This document shows positions 39,880 to 53,627 of a DNA stretch of 64,000 nt, piece by piece. The DNA is from Octopus sinensis (taxonomy: Eukaryota): positions 48,918,001 to 48,982,000 of the forward strand of contig NC_042999.1 in the NCBI RefSeq assembly GCF_006345805.1, read 5' to 3'. The translations under genes were made by a program, and so were the position numbers. Each line of letters begins with the position of its first letter. The stretch's first letter is position 1. The notes beneath the pieces are model-generated. The model had not been told where the DNA came from. It made no database searches and saw only the letters and a list, made by a program, of their open reading frames with translations.

Positions 39880-40189
39880 ATGTTGAAGAGATTCATGACG
39901 ATAGATATGGAAATATGTGTATTTATCTGTAGTATGTTTTAGGAGCAGAACGGAACGGCAAATGCAGCAGGCGTATCTATTGAATATGTGCTCACACATT
40001 TGCTGTCGTTGACAAATATGTCGATTCAACAAGCTTATAAAATCTCTGTTGGCAAGGAACCATTTATCTTGGCAAAACCTATATTATTGCAGTTTCATGT
40101 AGATATAGAAAACAAAACAAAAATGATAAATAAAATTTAACCTTTGGTAGATAGGAAATAGAGTCTAAAATTAAAATATATAATTCATA

Positions 40190-40277
40190 AAGTCCTGGTG
40201 TAGATTTGCTCGACTAAAGGCGGTGCTCCAGCATGGCCACAGTCAAATGACTGAAACAAGTAAAAGAGTAAAGAGAG
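40190..40277 (+). mobile_element. SINE family B 3' tail fragment
   Basis: GGCGGTGCTCCAGCATGGCCACAGTCAAATGACTGAAACAAGTAAAAGAG. Confidence 0.85.
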
Positions 40278-40649
40278 TAATCTCTATTTTCTTGTTTTGA
40301 CGAGGATTATTAATTTAGATATAGATTTTCCCTTAATAATAAATGGATATCTTTTTGATTAAATTCTCTCGGATTATCGCTTCATCGAGGTAAGCGTTCA
40401 CTCCAGTATATTGTGCTAGGGGTTCGAAAAGAAGGTTTGTTTTGAGACACATTGCAAGGCTATTTCTATGGTAAAAGTGCTCGAGTGACCACGTAACAGT
40501 TCCATAATTGGTTCAAACTTCTAGAAATAGCAACCAAATCTCCCTCAAAGCACACTCTATTGTCTTAAAAATACAATAGCTAAGATACAACTTACGGTCG
40601 TGAGAGTAAAACTGGTATTAGAATTGTTTAGATTTTTTGCCGTTAATGA

Positions 40650-40703
40650 CGATGGCAATGATGATGATGATGATGATCATCATCATCATCATCATCATCA
40701 TCA

Positions 40704-40735
<32 letters not shown>

Positions 40736-40840
40736 ATTATCATCATCATCATCGTCATCGTCGTCGTCATCATCATCATCACTATCATTCCGATCATCAA
40801 CTGCAAAAGCAGCAGCAGTAGCAGTAGCAGCAGCAGCAAT
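40650..40840 (+). repeat. Compound trinucleotide microsatellite (GAT)n-(CAT)n-(CGT)n-(CAT)n-(CAG/TAG)n
   Basis: Directly visible. Confidence 0.95.
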
Positions 40841-41409
40841 AATAGAAGCGTTGGCTGCATCATCAACAGCACCAGTATCAATAGTATGCTAATGTAAGCG
40901 ATAATTCATTATCATAGCAATTAAAGCAAAATCTATAGCATTATGACTGGTCAGGCTTTCTCAGGTTTGACGCCAAATATTTCATTAAGTAATTGCAATG
41001 CGTCAGTTTCAGAGACTTCGTTTGCCAAAAATGTTTTAAATTATTCACATATCATTATACGCATATCATAAACTACCTGAATCACTTGCCATTTATTTTT
41101 ATATTGACTTCCTTTTTTTCCGAGTAGAAACAATGCCAACGGCTTTTCGCAAAGGATATAGACAACTAGGCCTATTTTGGCATAATATTTGAAGATATAT
41201 TCATCCTTGCATGATCTGAGTTGAGATACGAAGATATATTTCGAAATCAACAATTAATTATTCTCTGTAGCCTAGTACATCACATCAGACCAGGCCCCTA
41301 GGCTGATCATCGATTTGGGAATCTAATTCGTTTCTTGTTTTCTAATGTTGACTATTTAAATTCGGAAGAATAGAACTTATAGATGGAACGTAGAGTATTT
41401 GTTTCTCAT

Positions 41410-41720
41410 TTCTTTATTGCCCACAAGGGACTAAACATAGAAGAGACAAACAAGGACAGGCAAAGTGATTAAGTCGATCACATCGACCCCAGTGCGTAAC
41501 TGATAGTGAAATTTATTGACCCAGAAAGGATGAAAGGCGGAATTTGAACTCAGAACGTAGCGGCAAACGAAATACATATTTCTATTTCTTTACTACCCAC
41601 AAGGGGCTAAACACAGAGAGGACAAACAAGGACAGACAAACGGATTATGTCGATTATATATGCGTAACTGGTACTTAATTTATCGACCCCGAAATGATAA
41701 TAGGCAAAGTCGACCTCAAA
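41410..41720 (-). mobile_element. SINE family A dimer, head lost
   Basis: Two bodies joined at CGAAATACATATTTCTATTTCTTTACTACCC. Confidence 0.75.
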
Positions 41721-42125
41721 TCCCGAGTAGAAATTGTCAATAATTAGAGCGTTTGAACCAAGCTTTGAAGAAAAAATGAGCCGCTTTAGTGAATCGAAAA
41801 GGAGTGATGTTTAATCAGGAGAATGCGCGACCCGACACTGCAAAGATCACAGCACAAAAGATCGAAGAGCTTGGTTGGGAAAAAATTCCTCATCCACCTT
41901 ATTCTCCCAACCTTGCTCCTTCAGACTATCATTGGTTTCGTAATTTACAGAATAATTTGAGGATCATAACTTTCGCAAGCCAGGAGGAGGTCGAAACTGA
42001 CATTTCAGAGTTCTTCGCTTTGAAACCAAGAGTTTTACATCGATAGATTAAAATGCTTGTAAATAGATAGAAGGAAGTCATAGATAAGATAATCAGGGAA
42101 AGTACATTGATGATTAATTTCAATT
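41720..42125 (+). mobile_element. Mariner transposase C-terminal remnant
   Basis: ENARPDTA..ELGWEKIPHPPYSPNLAPSDYHWF matches the mariner HDNARPH..HPPYSPDLAPSD motifs. Confidence 0.9.
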
Positions 42126-42929
42126 AAATATAGCATTTGATCACTTGTTTTCTTCATTGAAAAGTCGGACAGAACTTATGGGATGACCTGATATTATCAC
42201 TTGTAGACCTTACCCTACCATCTAATACAACGAAAGGTATTTTTGGCAATGTATTTCCTGATACAAAAAATAAGGGAATGCTAACGATTGTAGCACAGTT
42301 GATCAACATCTGGAGTATGTGTGAAGTGCCCAAATCTAAAGTATCAATAAAACGTTGCCTTGTTTTCATAGTTATAGTAAATCCCCTCAGGCTAATATTT
42401 GTGAACTGTTTTGGTGAAACAGTTATTTAGAAGTGTTGACTGCTGCATTAAGCATTAAGTTTTTACTGTGTATTTTGGATTTTAACTCGAGTTCAACAAC
42501 CATGCTCTTTAGAAAGATTACAAATATTTCATCAAGAAATATTTTTAAAAAAATGAAGGTTGACTGATGATCCGAATTACTGGGAAATGCTCAAACCACT
42601 GACGTTCATCTCTTCAGCATGAGTAACACAAAAAAAGAGAGATATGAAGAGGGAGAGAGGGACGAGGAAGGGAAGAGAGAGAAACCGAATGACATGAGAA
42701 AAGAAAGAAAGCAATAGAAAGTGAAGCAACTTCAACACTATTTGCAAGTTACTTGAAAATAAAATATCATTAATCGATGCACAGTTCGGCGTGAAGCTGT
42801 TAAGTAAGCTAAAAAGATTATTGTCCAATGCACTACCAGTAGTTATTCCTTTCGCTTTGTGTTCCATTGAATGCTGAAGTGTTTGCGACTGAATTCGAAA
42901 TTCAGACTGAAAACCCTAAAACAAAACTA

Positions 42930-43219
42930 AACTTATTTCATTTTTGGATTTGGTTTGCAAGATTCTTAATATGAGTTCGTGTGTTGAAGCATATTCTGTT
43001 GTATCTGGGGAGAGTCATTTTCTTTTTGTGCCTTATAATGTAACACACTCACCGGTAAAATTTCCACTTTTTTTCTTATTTTTATTTTCCTAAAATTTTC
43101 GTTGCGTCTTGCAACCTTTTCAATAGTCAACAAAATAAAAATAAGAAAAAAGTGGAAATTTTACCGGTGAGTGTGTTACATTATAAGGCAAAAAAAGAAA
43201 AGACTCTCCCCAGACACAA
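42930..43219. mobile_element. Terminal-repeat fragment with ~85-bp fold-back arms (about 42999-43087 and 43133-43219); U3-A8 HHR-like motif between the arms (43090-43127, -)
   Basis: CUA-UUGAAAA-AG-GUUGC-AAGAC-GCAAC-GAAA-AUUU^UAG. Confidence 0.7.
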
Positions 43220-45021
43220 CAAAACTAAACTTGATACATCAAATCTAGTTTCCTACTCAACTTTGCCCTTCAGCCCTAAACAAGAGCTGCTATTGATTTG
43301 ATAATATGTACGAATAGACATTCATTAACATTGCGGGTTTATTTAAACGGTTTTCTTCTTCTTCAATAAAACTTATGATCTTCCACAGAAAAAAGTAATT
43401 ATATACATAATCACAGCGTTGTCAATAAAGTTTAGTTAAAAATATCTTTGCCGCAGTTTCGATTTTGTTTGTGAAGCTGTATGCTAAGTGAACCGACAGT
43501 GACAGGTCTAGTACCTCGTTGATGGAAATCTCTTATCATTCCTCCAGCAATTATATTTAAATGATGCTGCAGACTTTAGAACTCCCAGTTCCCAAAGATC
43601 CGAAATATTTAAGTCCACTCTTCCTGATATTGCACTCTTTACAAGTCTGACAGATTTATAATATATTAATTCCCTTGTCGGTGACCTTCATAACTATGTG
43701 CTAATAGACCTGTAAAATATAAACGAATGAATTAACGCATGAGTGAATCTAATTGGTTTTGCAATTGCATGCAACAATTTTTCTTTCTTTCTCTTAATTT
43801 TGTTCATTTGTCGAAAGAGTGAAGGCGGTTTTAGCATTTGACGTGAACTAAATGATGAATTGCCATCTAAAATTACAATCAATGAATCGAAAGGGGTTAA
43901 ATTGCTCCTACGTTCTTCAAATCCAGCACAATGAATAGAAACAAACAAAGCCACACATGAAAGAGATTACGCGTTATTTAACCGGCTCTTCCCCTTCATT
44001 TTAACCAAACAAACAAAATCCATCAAGTGCATTCTCAATCATAATCATAAAACAAAACAAAAAAATTAAAGCAAATATGAAGTATTCTCTTTTGATTCCT
44101 TTCTAAATGTAAACATTGATAACTTCCAGAGAAAAATTCTTTAACTTATCAATCAATCAAGTATTTAAAGAACTGTATGATCAATAGGTTAACATTAGGT
44201 AGATTTATAGTTGCCTTCAAAGATCTTCTGCAATCGAAAAATGTTTATAATCATAACAGAAGGTCTTAGTGAAACTAAGCCTCTGAGTCTGGGATACTGG
44301 CATGGTAGATTATACACAGAAATGAGAAAATAAGTCTATACATCAAGTTAAACATCGGCTGGGATATCAAATGTAGCGAGTAGATCACAATATGTTAAAG
44401 GTGGAAACAGCCATACCAACTCTATTCTCCTGTTAACGAACTGAACGATATTTTCTTTCTCAGAAATAAATTCATTGAATTGAATCTCTAGGGAGACTAC
44501 GATAAATATGAGCGGCGTAAAAAGGAAACATGGTGTGAAACTTGCCTCGCATATTATTGGGTGACTCACGTATTTTTTCTCATGTCATAACAATAACTTA
44601 AATAAGTTTTTCAGGATCAGGAATAGTGATTGAGAGAGGAGAACAGCATACAAAATACGTTACGGTATCTAGTGGAATATTTGTAGTCACAAACTTCAAA
44701 TCCGCCCCAGATTACTATAGATGTTGTACGAATAACACATTCAATACGCCTCGTCTACGAAAGTATGCCACGTGCATCTATAAGAAACTCTAAATTGATG
44801 ATAGCATCTTAAAATATATATTGATTGCTTACTTAGTCCACAGATTCATCGAAGAAATATTATAGAAATGTCTGTGTTTATGATTTTCCCAAGGGTATTT
44901 TGCGGATGAAATGAATTGACTTAAAGTTCCTCGCCAATAATCAGTATAAGACACTAGACATATACAAACACACACACAAACACACACACGCACACACAAC
45001 ACACACACACACACACACACA

Positions 45022-45054
<33 letters not shown>

Positions 45055-45082
45055 CACACACACAAACATATTCTCTTCTTTT

Positions 45083-45143
45083 TACACTTTTACTTGTTTC
45101 AGTCATTTGACTGCGGCCATGTTAGAGCACCGCCTTTAGTCGA

Positions 45144-45187
<44 letters not shown>

Positions 45188-45375
45188 TATATATACATAT
45201 ACATATATGCATATATGTATATATATATATATACCGTTACTTAGCGGTTCAGCAAAAGAGACCGATAGAATAAGTACTGGGCTCACAAAAGAATAAGTCC
45301 CGGGGTCGAGTTGCTCGATTAAAGGCGGTGCTTCAGCATGGCCGCAGTCAAATGACTGAAACAAGTAAAAGAGAA
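45083..45375. mobile_element. Two SINE B 3' fragments in inverted orientation around a (TA)n tract
   Basis: Minus tail 45083-45143, plus 3' half 45234-45375. Confidence 0.8.
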
Positions 45376-45406
45376 AAATGATAAAAATATATACACTTTG
45401 TATCTA

Positions 45407-45454
<48 letters not shown>

Positions 45455-46875
45455 TACAAAGTGTATATATATATATATGTGTGTGTGTATGTATGTATGC
45501 ATGTATGTATATATATATATATCTGTGTATGTATGTAGGAATTTATGTATGTATACATGAGTACGTTATAGTACATTCATTTATCTTAACTCTATTCGTG
45601 CTGATGCGAGGACAGCACCGCCACAACACCCTTTCTACAATCTACAGCATTTACATATTGTTATTTCATTCTATAAATCATGATTAATAGAGATTTCTAC
45701 AATGGGCTGAAAGACGAAATTGAAGGATAGGCTTCAAAAGATTAAACAAATAATTCTACAGTGTCACAGTAGAAGCATTCTCTTGGCGACTCCACTCAGA
45801 TTTTCCGATAATTATACTATCACTACATTCAGCCTTCCACATTTTTCTTGTCTGTGATACACACCTAACCACCCACACACACGAATTCCAGGCCTCCTAA
45901 ATTCCTACTACTTTCGGGTAATTGAAAAAAAATATCCAAAAGTTTCGTTATAGACATGAAACAGTAAAAATATTTTCTACTATAGGCACAAGGTCTGAAA
46001 TTTGGAAGAAAGAGGCTAGTCGATTACATCGACCCCCAGTGCTCATACATGAGTTGCAAATAATAATGAAACGATAATCGTTTGTTACTTTGGGCACAAT
46101 TTGAACAGTTTTCAAGAGGAGGAGTTAACAAAATGAGCTTCCTCAGTACTTGACTGACACATTATTTTATTGACCCCCGAACGGAAGAAAAAGCGGAGTT
46201 AACCGCTGCAGGATTTGAAATTAGATCTCATAGAAATAGAACAATATATTGAAATACATGTTTCCCGACGCTCTCGCGATTCTAGTAGTAGTAGTAGTAG
46301 TAGTAGTAGATTCTATTTTTAGCACAGCAGTTTTAAATGGGACGACCACAGTGACTTGGATGCTGCTTTAATTTATCGGCCCAGAGAAGATGAAAGGTAA
46401 ATCCAGACTCGATGAATTTTGAACTCGGAATACAGCTAAAGTAGCAAAGCCTTTTTTTTTGTTTTGTAATTGAATTATATTATATTCTTGTTTCCATTTT
46501 TATAGATGAATATATAAGAACCATCTCTATCAACCGCACATTAGCATATATCTAGAACAGAATTTAGAGACATTTTTTAAACAAACAGCAAACAAACTCT
46601 TCCAGGAAGTTTAGAAACTATATACTAATCAAATTGCTTAAAGGACATTGAACACCCAGAGAGAAACATATAAACATACAACCTTTCCTCAATTACATTT
46701 GTGAACATCAAATCAAGAGCAAGGGAGAAACAATTTTCTGCAGTAACAAAGCCATGACATGTCTAAATAATAACCCCAACCTTACAACTGAGAACTAAAT
46801 AGCCTAAATGTGGACAAGTAAAGAAATTACCAGAAATAACCTTCCTATATTCTTTTGTGAAAAAAACTTGTCAAG

Positions 46876-47255
46876 GCGCAGGAGTGGCTATGTGTTAAGT
46901 AGCTTGCTTACCAACCACATTTTTCCGGGTTCAGTACCACTGCGTGACACCTTGGGCAAGTGTATTCTACTATAGCCTCGGGCCGACCAAAGCCTTGTGA
47001 GTGGATTTGCTGGACGGAAACTGAAATAAGCCCGTCGTATATATGTATATATATATATATACATGTGTGTATATTTGTGTGTCTGTGTTTGTCCCCCCAA
47101 CACCGCTTAACAACCGATGCTGGTGTGTTACCGTCCACGTAACTCAGCAGTTCGGCAAAAGAGACCGATAGAATAAGTACTAGGCTTACAAAGGCGGTGC
47201 TCCATTATGGCCAAAATCAAATGACTTAAACAAGTAAAAGAGTAAAAGAGTAAAC
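46876..47255 (+). mobile_element. SINE family B with an internal deletion
   Basis: Head, microsatellite and tail present. Confidence 0.85.
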
Positions 47256-47997
47256 TCAAGTACTGAACTTTGTACTTTTGGCCTTTATATTGTCAAAGTA
47301 ACAAGATTAAATCTAATAATATCAAAAGCAGCAAAAATACTATCACGTCATGTTCCTTTCAAACAAAAGAGAAACACCTACAAGTGTGGAAGCGCTCTTG
47401 ACTAAATCTTGTTGGGGTACATATCAATCAAATTTCAAGCTTCAAATTTCGATTAAACACTTTGAATGATGAAACGCCAAATGGTAGATGGAGAGTTTTG
47501 ATGCTGTATTCAATCTCGGAACCTAACTTTATTTTATGTTTCTCATCATCACATCCATAAGAGGTATTTATGTCTATTTACACGCAGAACACTATCTAAA
47601 TTTGAATGAAAATAAAATATTTACTGGTAATAGCTGTAAGTTTAGTTCTTGTTTATGTAAACAAACTCACTGTTTAAATATTTCAACCCGCGGAAGCTGA
47701 AGTAGATAAAGATATTAATATTGATTTCAAATTTTGACTTAATGCGATTAATTTAGGGGATCGGATAAATCGATTACATCGGTGGAATTTGAACACAGAA
47801 CCTGTAGACGGACGAAATGCCGTTAAGCATTTTACCCGGCGTTTAACGATTACACTAGCTCACCGTCTTAAAATGTAATGACTGGGAACAAAGAGCGTGA
47901 AACCCTTTTTATACCCAGTCAGCCAGTCGACACTCTGTGGATGAAGGCATTAATATTAATATATTCTCCTGCTTTTGTAGTATAATAGTCTGAATAA

Positions 47998-48231
47998 AGG
48001 CGGCGAGCTGGCAGAAACGTTAGCACGCTGGGCGAAATGCGTAGCCATATTTCGTCTACCGCTACGTTCTGAGTTCACATTCCGCCGAGGTCGACTTTGC
48101 CCTTTTATCCTTTCGGGGTCGATAAATTAAGTAACAGTTGCCTACTGGTGTCGATGTAATCGACTTAATCCGTTTGTCTGTCCTTGTTTGTCCCCTCTAC
48201 GTTTAGCTCCTTCTGGGTAGTAAAGAAATAG
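47998..48231 (+). mobile_element. SINE family A with a 16-bp target-site duplication
   Basis: GTATAATAGTCTGAAT at 47980-47995 and 48232-48247. Confidence 0.9.
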
Positions 48232-49812
48232 GTATAATAGTCTGAATGTGAACGACTGATGTATACTTTACATACAATTTAAATAATTGAATAATGACAG
48301 TTGTGATTTATATTTAGTTTCAGTTCTCGAAGTTTACTTGGCGGATGAAAAGGCATATGTAATTGTGGAGAAAGTGCTAGAATCGAAACAGTCCCTTCGT
48401 GTAATGAAAAAATATTTAGTACGTTCAGTCGATTGTGCAATACATAAGACATTTAACAGAAAGGACACTGAATTGCGTAGGCTTCTGCTTTGATTGAAGA
48501 GGCTGTCTTAATAATTTCTTAATGTATTTTTTCTCTCTTTATCTTATGTTTGTGAATGAATGTTTCCCTATCAACCATCCGGCCTTTGTTTACTTGTGTG
48601 TGTTTGTTTGCAAGTGGTTAGAGATATATGTATAAATATTTAGTAGAGGATGCAAAGAGTTAGCGTTTATTAAAACCTATGATATGTTTCTATTGTGAGA
48701 AGGGAATTCGCCTTTGTAATATGATGTAGCTATAAGAAACATATGAGCCTTTCATTGATTGTTAAGACTTGACAGTTATCTAAAGAGAAGTTTAGTTCAA
48801 AACAGTCGAATTATTGTTTCTACCGTATACAAAGTGCAGAAAGCGATAACGCTATACGAACCAGCAATGGTTTGGCTAACTACAACTCAATGTGTATTGA
48901 AAAAAAAAACATGAAAAATAACGAAAAAACTTGGTTAAAGTTACGCAGTATATGCAAGTGGCAGATAAAGAGTTGTTCGATAAATATTTAGCAAGGGAGG
49001 GAAAACAGCCGTTCGGTATCATCAGAATACACAGGCCATCGAAAATCGAACGAAACTAATCGATTTTTATCAACTATCAAAGTTACAAGTTGGAACTTCT
49101 AGTGGAAAATGTATTCGGGAAGATTGATTTTACTTTTGATAACAATCTCAAAAGTTGGCATTTGTCTGATTTGTCTGCATAAATAATTTTAATTCTTGTT
49201 GCAGTGAATGTTGCATTTGTTACTATTGTACTTGTTTCTATTGTTGCATATTTTACTTTTCACAAATATATTGAAAACTACATCTATATTATAAATAGTA
49301 TTATCAGTCACAACATGTATCCCAACGAATCTCCCCGTCTGGGTGCATTTATGATGCATATAGATACACACACACACACACATATATATATACACATACA
49401 CGCACGCACGCACATACACAGACACGCACACATATATATACATGTATATATATATATAAATAAATATATATATATATACACAAATATATATATATATATG
49501 TGTGGGTGTGTGTGTGTGTGTATGTGTGTATGTATATATACAGAGAAAGCCTGCACTAGAAAGAGTATATATTTATACATAGAGTTACAGGGTGTTATAT
49601 ATGGTCGTAAAAATTCTACACACATTTTCATGCACACATATATATATACACACACGCACACACAAGCACATACACAGAAACGCACATGCACATATATATG
49701 TATATTATGTATATATATATATTATATGTATATATATATTTATATACGTAAATATATATATATATATATATATATATACGTAAATATATATATCTGTAAA
49801 AATATAAATATG

Positions 49813-49852
<40 letters not shown>

Positions 49853-50649
49853 TGTATGTATGTATATTTTCAGAGAAAGCCTGCACTAGAAACAGTATGT
49901 ATTTATACATAGAGTTACAGGATGTTATATATGGCCATAAAAAAGTCTACACACATTTTCATGCACACACGCGCATGTGCAATTAGCGTGCACAAAAACG
50001 CATTTGTGTGTGTGTGCGCGCGCACGTGTGTTGTTGCGTGTTTATGCATATATTCGTATATTTTTATCTCACTCATCCTGGAACAGCCCACCAGTGTTTT
50101 CTTGCACGCATCTGTGTATATATATATACTATATACGATAAATAAGCATTGAACATTGTGACTAAACTATATCAATCACAGTGGCATACGTTCACTGATT
50201 AATTCAGTGATTGTTCCTCGTGAAGTATGTTTTTTTACAGTATATACAAACACAAGCAGTCGTTAGAATTATTAGAAAAAATTTCTACATCGAAAGTGTA
50301 TACATGGTACGCATGTTTATATGAATAATCTGTGTTGTGAGGTAAAAAAAAAACTCAAACTTAACGTGTGTGAATTTAAAGATGTTATTATATATTCCAT
50401 AGTAATGTTTGAATATTTAGAATCCAGAATATCTTCATTCAATGAAAATGATGAAAGAATCACATGCTATTCATTGTGTTGTACAAAAGATTTGTTATGA
50501 AAATAAATTTAGGGTTAAAGGATTACTATTGCCGCTACATATATTCCCCAAACTGTAGGAATCGTTACCAAGTTGAAGGAAGCTCTTCAACAATTGCAAG
50601 TTTAAGATAGTGATCTCTGGACTTACATGATTTATATCATCATTATAAA

Positions 50650-51291
50650 GATACATATACATTTACAAATGTATGTATGTATGTATGCATGCATGTATGT
50701 ATGTATGCATACATTTACAAATGTATGTATGTATGTATGCATGTATGTATGTATGTATGTATGTATGTATGTATGTATGTATGTATGTACATATACATAC
50801 ACGTACGCACACATAATTCAAACAACCAGTACCTTCTATTGACCATTCTCCTACGCACATGTGTAGGTAGAGATACAACAGGAGCCACTCTACCAAAACT
50901 ACTATAAATTTTTCCTATGACCACACACACACAGACCTGCGTACACGCACATACACACACATATGCACACATGCCTCCTTCTCTTGCACTCTCCTGCTTT
51001 GAAAGAACTTTTTCTTCACCCATTCCCTTCCGGTCATTTCAATATTTGACCGCGTGTGTATCGTTAGCGATTTTCTTTCTCCGTCTTCCCTTATTGGATC
51101 TTTCCTTTTTCTATATTACTGACGAAGAGCTCCGCTCGAAACGTTAGATACTCCTTCTTTCTTTTCTTTCCTGGGCGCCCAATAACACTATAGTTGTTCC
51201 ACGTCCTGGCGTTGTTGTGTTTTCTCTTTGTTCATGTTTGGAGTAACTATGTATGTATGTATGTATGTATGTATGTATGTATGTATGTTTG

Positions 51292-51325
<34 letters not shown>

Positions 51326-51482
51326 ATATTGGTGGCTTATTAGCAATTTCACAACGAAAAGGCAATTTCATAGACGTTACTAAAGTGACGTAGGGTAGAA
51401 AGTGGTACCGAAATTGCTAGAAATAAGAGTCAAAACGACTCATTAACCACAAGAGCACTATCTTAATAAGATGAGAAAGGAG

Positions 51483-51513
<31 letters not shown>

Positions 51514-51625
51514 TGTATGTATGTATGTATGTATGTACGTACGTATGTATATATATATGTATGTATGTTTGTACGTATGTATGTATGTATGTATGTATGT
51601 ACGTACGTACGTACGTACGTATGCA
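50650..51625. repeat. Three (TATG)n microsatellite blocks
   Basis: About 50650-50790, 51250-51320 and 51485-51625. Confidence 0.95.
51113..51150 (+). ncRNA. Minimal hammerhead ribozyme within a PLE-type terminal repeat (51040-51245)
   Basis: CUGACGA-A-GAGC-UCC-GCUC-GAAA-CGUU; palindromic stem III; stem I imperfect in this copy. Confidence 0.7.
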
Positions 51626-51744
51626 TGTTTCTATGAATTTATATACACACATCAAGTCATTAAGAATGAAATGCCCGATTTTCTTATGCACCAATTTCGA
51701 CAGTCGTTAACTCTGTTATATTCTGACAATTCATGTGTGTATAA

Positions 51745-51788
<44 letters not shown>

Positions 51789-52741
51789 TATATATATATG
51801 TGTGTATGTATATACTACATATATATATATAAACTCTGTAAAACCTCCTGGCCTGTTTTTTCTTTCTTTCTTTTCTTTTCTTTCAGCTGTTTTATTTTAT
51901 TTTATTTTTCATTTTTATTATTATTATTGTCTTATAATCTCTTACTATTATTACTTTGTAATATATGTTTATATATGTTTTGTAATATATGCCTATATAT
52001 GTTTCATTATTATTATTGTCTCTTTATATACTCACTTGTTACTCTTGTCTATATATGTGCATGTGCACACGTGTGTACATGTGTGTGTGTGTGTGTATAC
52101 ATATGTATGTCCCAATAGCTTCGTTTAGAATTCTATCTGTCTCTTCAGTTCTCTCCCTTGCGCCCCTCCTTGGCCCAATAGCTTCGTTTAGATCTGTCTG
52201 TCTCTTCGGTTCTCTCCCTTTGCGCTTTCTCTGTCTATCTCAGCTCTCCTCTAGAGGCTTTCTCTATCTTCCTTCAGCACTCAGTATCTCCTCTTCCTCT
52301 TCTCTCTTGCTCTCTTCTCTTGGCTCCCAATCTCTCCTTAAGTGCACGGACGCTCTCTTTCTCTTTCTCTATTACCCCCTACCCCCCCTATTGCACTATT
52401 GGATTAATATAACTTAATTAAATAGATAGTAGAAGATAGACAAAATATCTCTCTTGCTCTCTTCTCTTGGCTCCCAATCTCTCCTTAAGTGCACGGACGC
52501 TCTCTTTCTCTTTCTCTATTACCCCCTACCCCCCCTATTGCACTATTGGATTAATATAACTTAATATAACTAGATAGATAGATAGATAGACAAAATATCT
52601 CTCCTCTTCCTCTTCTCTCCTGCTCTCTTCTCTTGGCTCCCAATCTCTCCTTAAGTACATAGACGCTCTCTTTCTCTATTACCCCCCTACTTTGGATTAA
52701 TATAACTTAACATAATTAGATAGATAGATAATATATCAAGA

Positions 52742-53627
52742 ATGTCCAGAGCTTGGAAACGTGATGAACTGGTGTGGTTCCTACGAGGATGGCAATGCGC
52801 TGACGGAGAAAGTCCAAGTAACATAATTGCGGCAGCACTAAAGAACAAAGGATTCAAAAGGACATCAGCACAAATAGAGCGGAAGAGGCAAGAGTTCGTA
52901 CGCTCATACGCACTTGTCAGATCGCACATAAACACACTGGATGCCATTTTTAACAGCGAAAAACGCGAACAAAGTAAAGATGGCAAGGATGGAGACGTGG
53001 CGCGGAGATGAGGGTCACCCCCACCTGGTGGACGCCCAGGAAGAAAACTCCACGATAGGCTGCCCGGGAGGTGAACCCAGGTACGGATGCTCCTACCGGC
53101 TCCAAAGCCGTGGACATGGAGATGAAGAGGCCAAAAAAAGAGGAAAAACTGAAGCTAAAACTCAGACAAAGCCAAGGGACAAGGCAGCCAGGGACAGAGG
53201 CAAACCTAACGGTCCATATGCCAAAAAGGATGGAAACAAGCAGCGCACACGGGTATGTAGGTTCTACCTGAAAGGTGCCTGCCGGCATGGAGAGGAAGGT
53301 GCAGGCTGCCGCTTTGCACATCCGGGACCCTGCCACAGAAACCAACCACCGAAAGGAAATGGGATGGACCAGGCATCACCTGCCCCAAAACGGAGGTACG
53401 CAGATGTGGTGCGTACCACAAACCACCAACGTGTTGTTGAAAGGGCAGCTGCTGAGCAGGAATCTTTTTTGTGCATGGCACAAAAGATTGTACAGCAGCT
53501 AACCTGGCTCCATCAGGCTCAGGCTCGCAGATGGAACTGCCCACAGTTCACAAGGCCGCCACAGCAGATGGACCCAGGGTGGACAACGCCAGCAACAGCA
53601 TACACCTCACCTCGATGCTCCTACTGA
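52742..53627 (+). pseudogene. LINE ORF1 (two overlapping frames): N-terminal Myb/SANT-like helix motif and CCCH-type zinc finger
   Basis: W..DEL..FL.GW..IIAAALKNKGFKRTSAQIERK...SY (52742-53011); CRFYLKGACRHGEEGAGCRFAHP (52941-53627 frame); stop overlaps the ORF2 start at about 53616. Confidence 0.6.

Noticed and set aside
42161-42430. Stop-free frame of about 90 codons next to the mariner remnant
   Set aside because: Weak acceptor, no start codon and no recognisable domain.
42560-42620. CTGATGA as a snoRNA C box (also GTGATGA near 24982)
   Set aside because: No suitably spaced D box with a terminal stem.
43640-43715. Possible minus-strand terminal exon (TTTATATTTTACAG|GLLAHSYEGHRQGN*)
   Set aside because: Splice-like signals alone are common in AT-rich DNA; no upstream exon identified.
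49541-49967. ~97-bp local duplication; the second copy has a 21-nt AG/GT-bounded microexon-like segment (49874-49894)
   Set aside because: The upstream tract is microsatellite, the first copy lacks the signals and there is no gene context.
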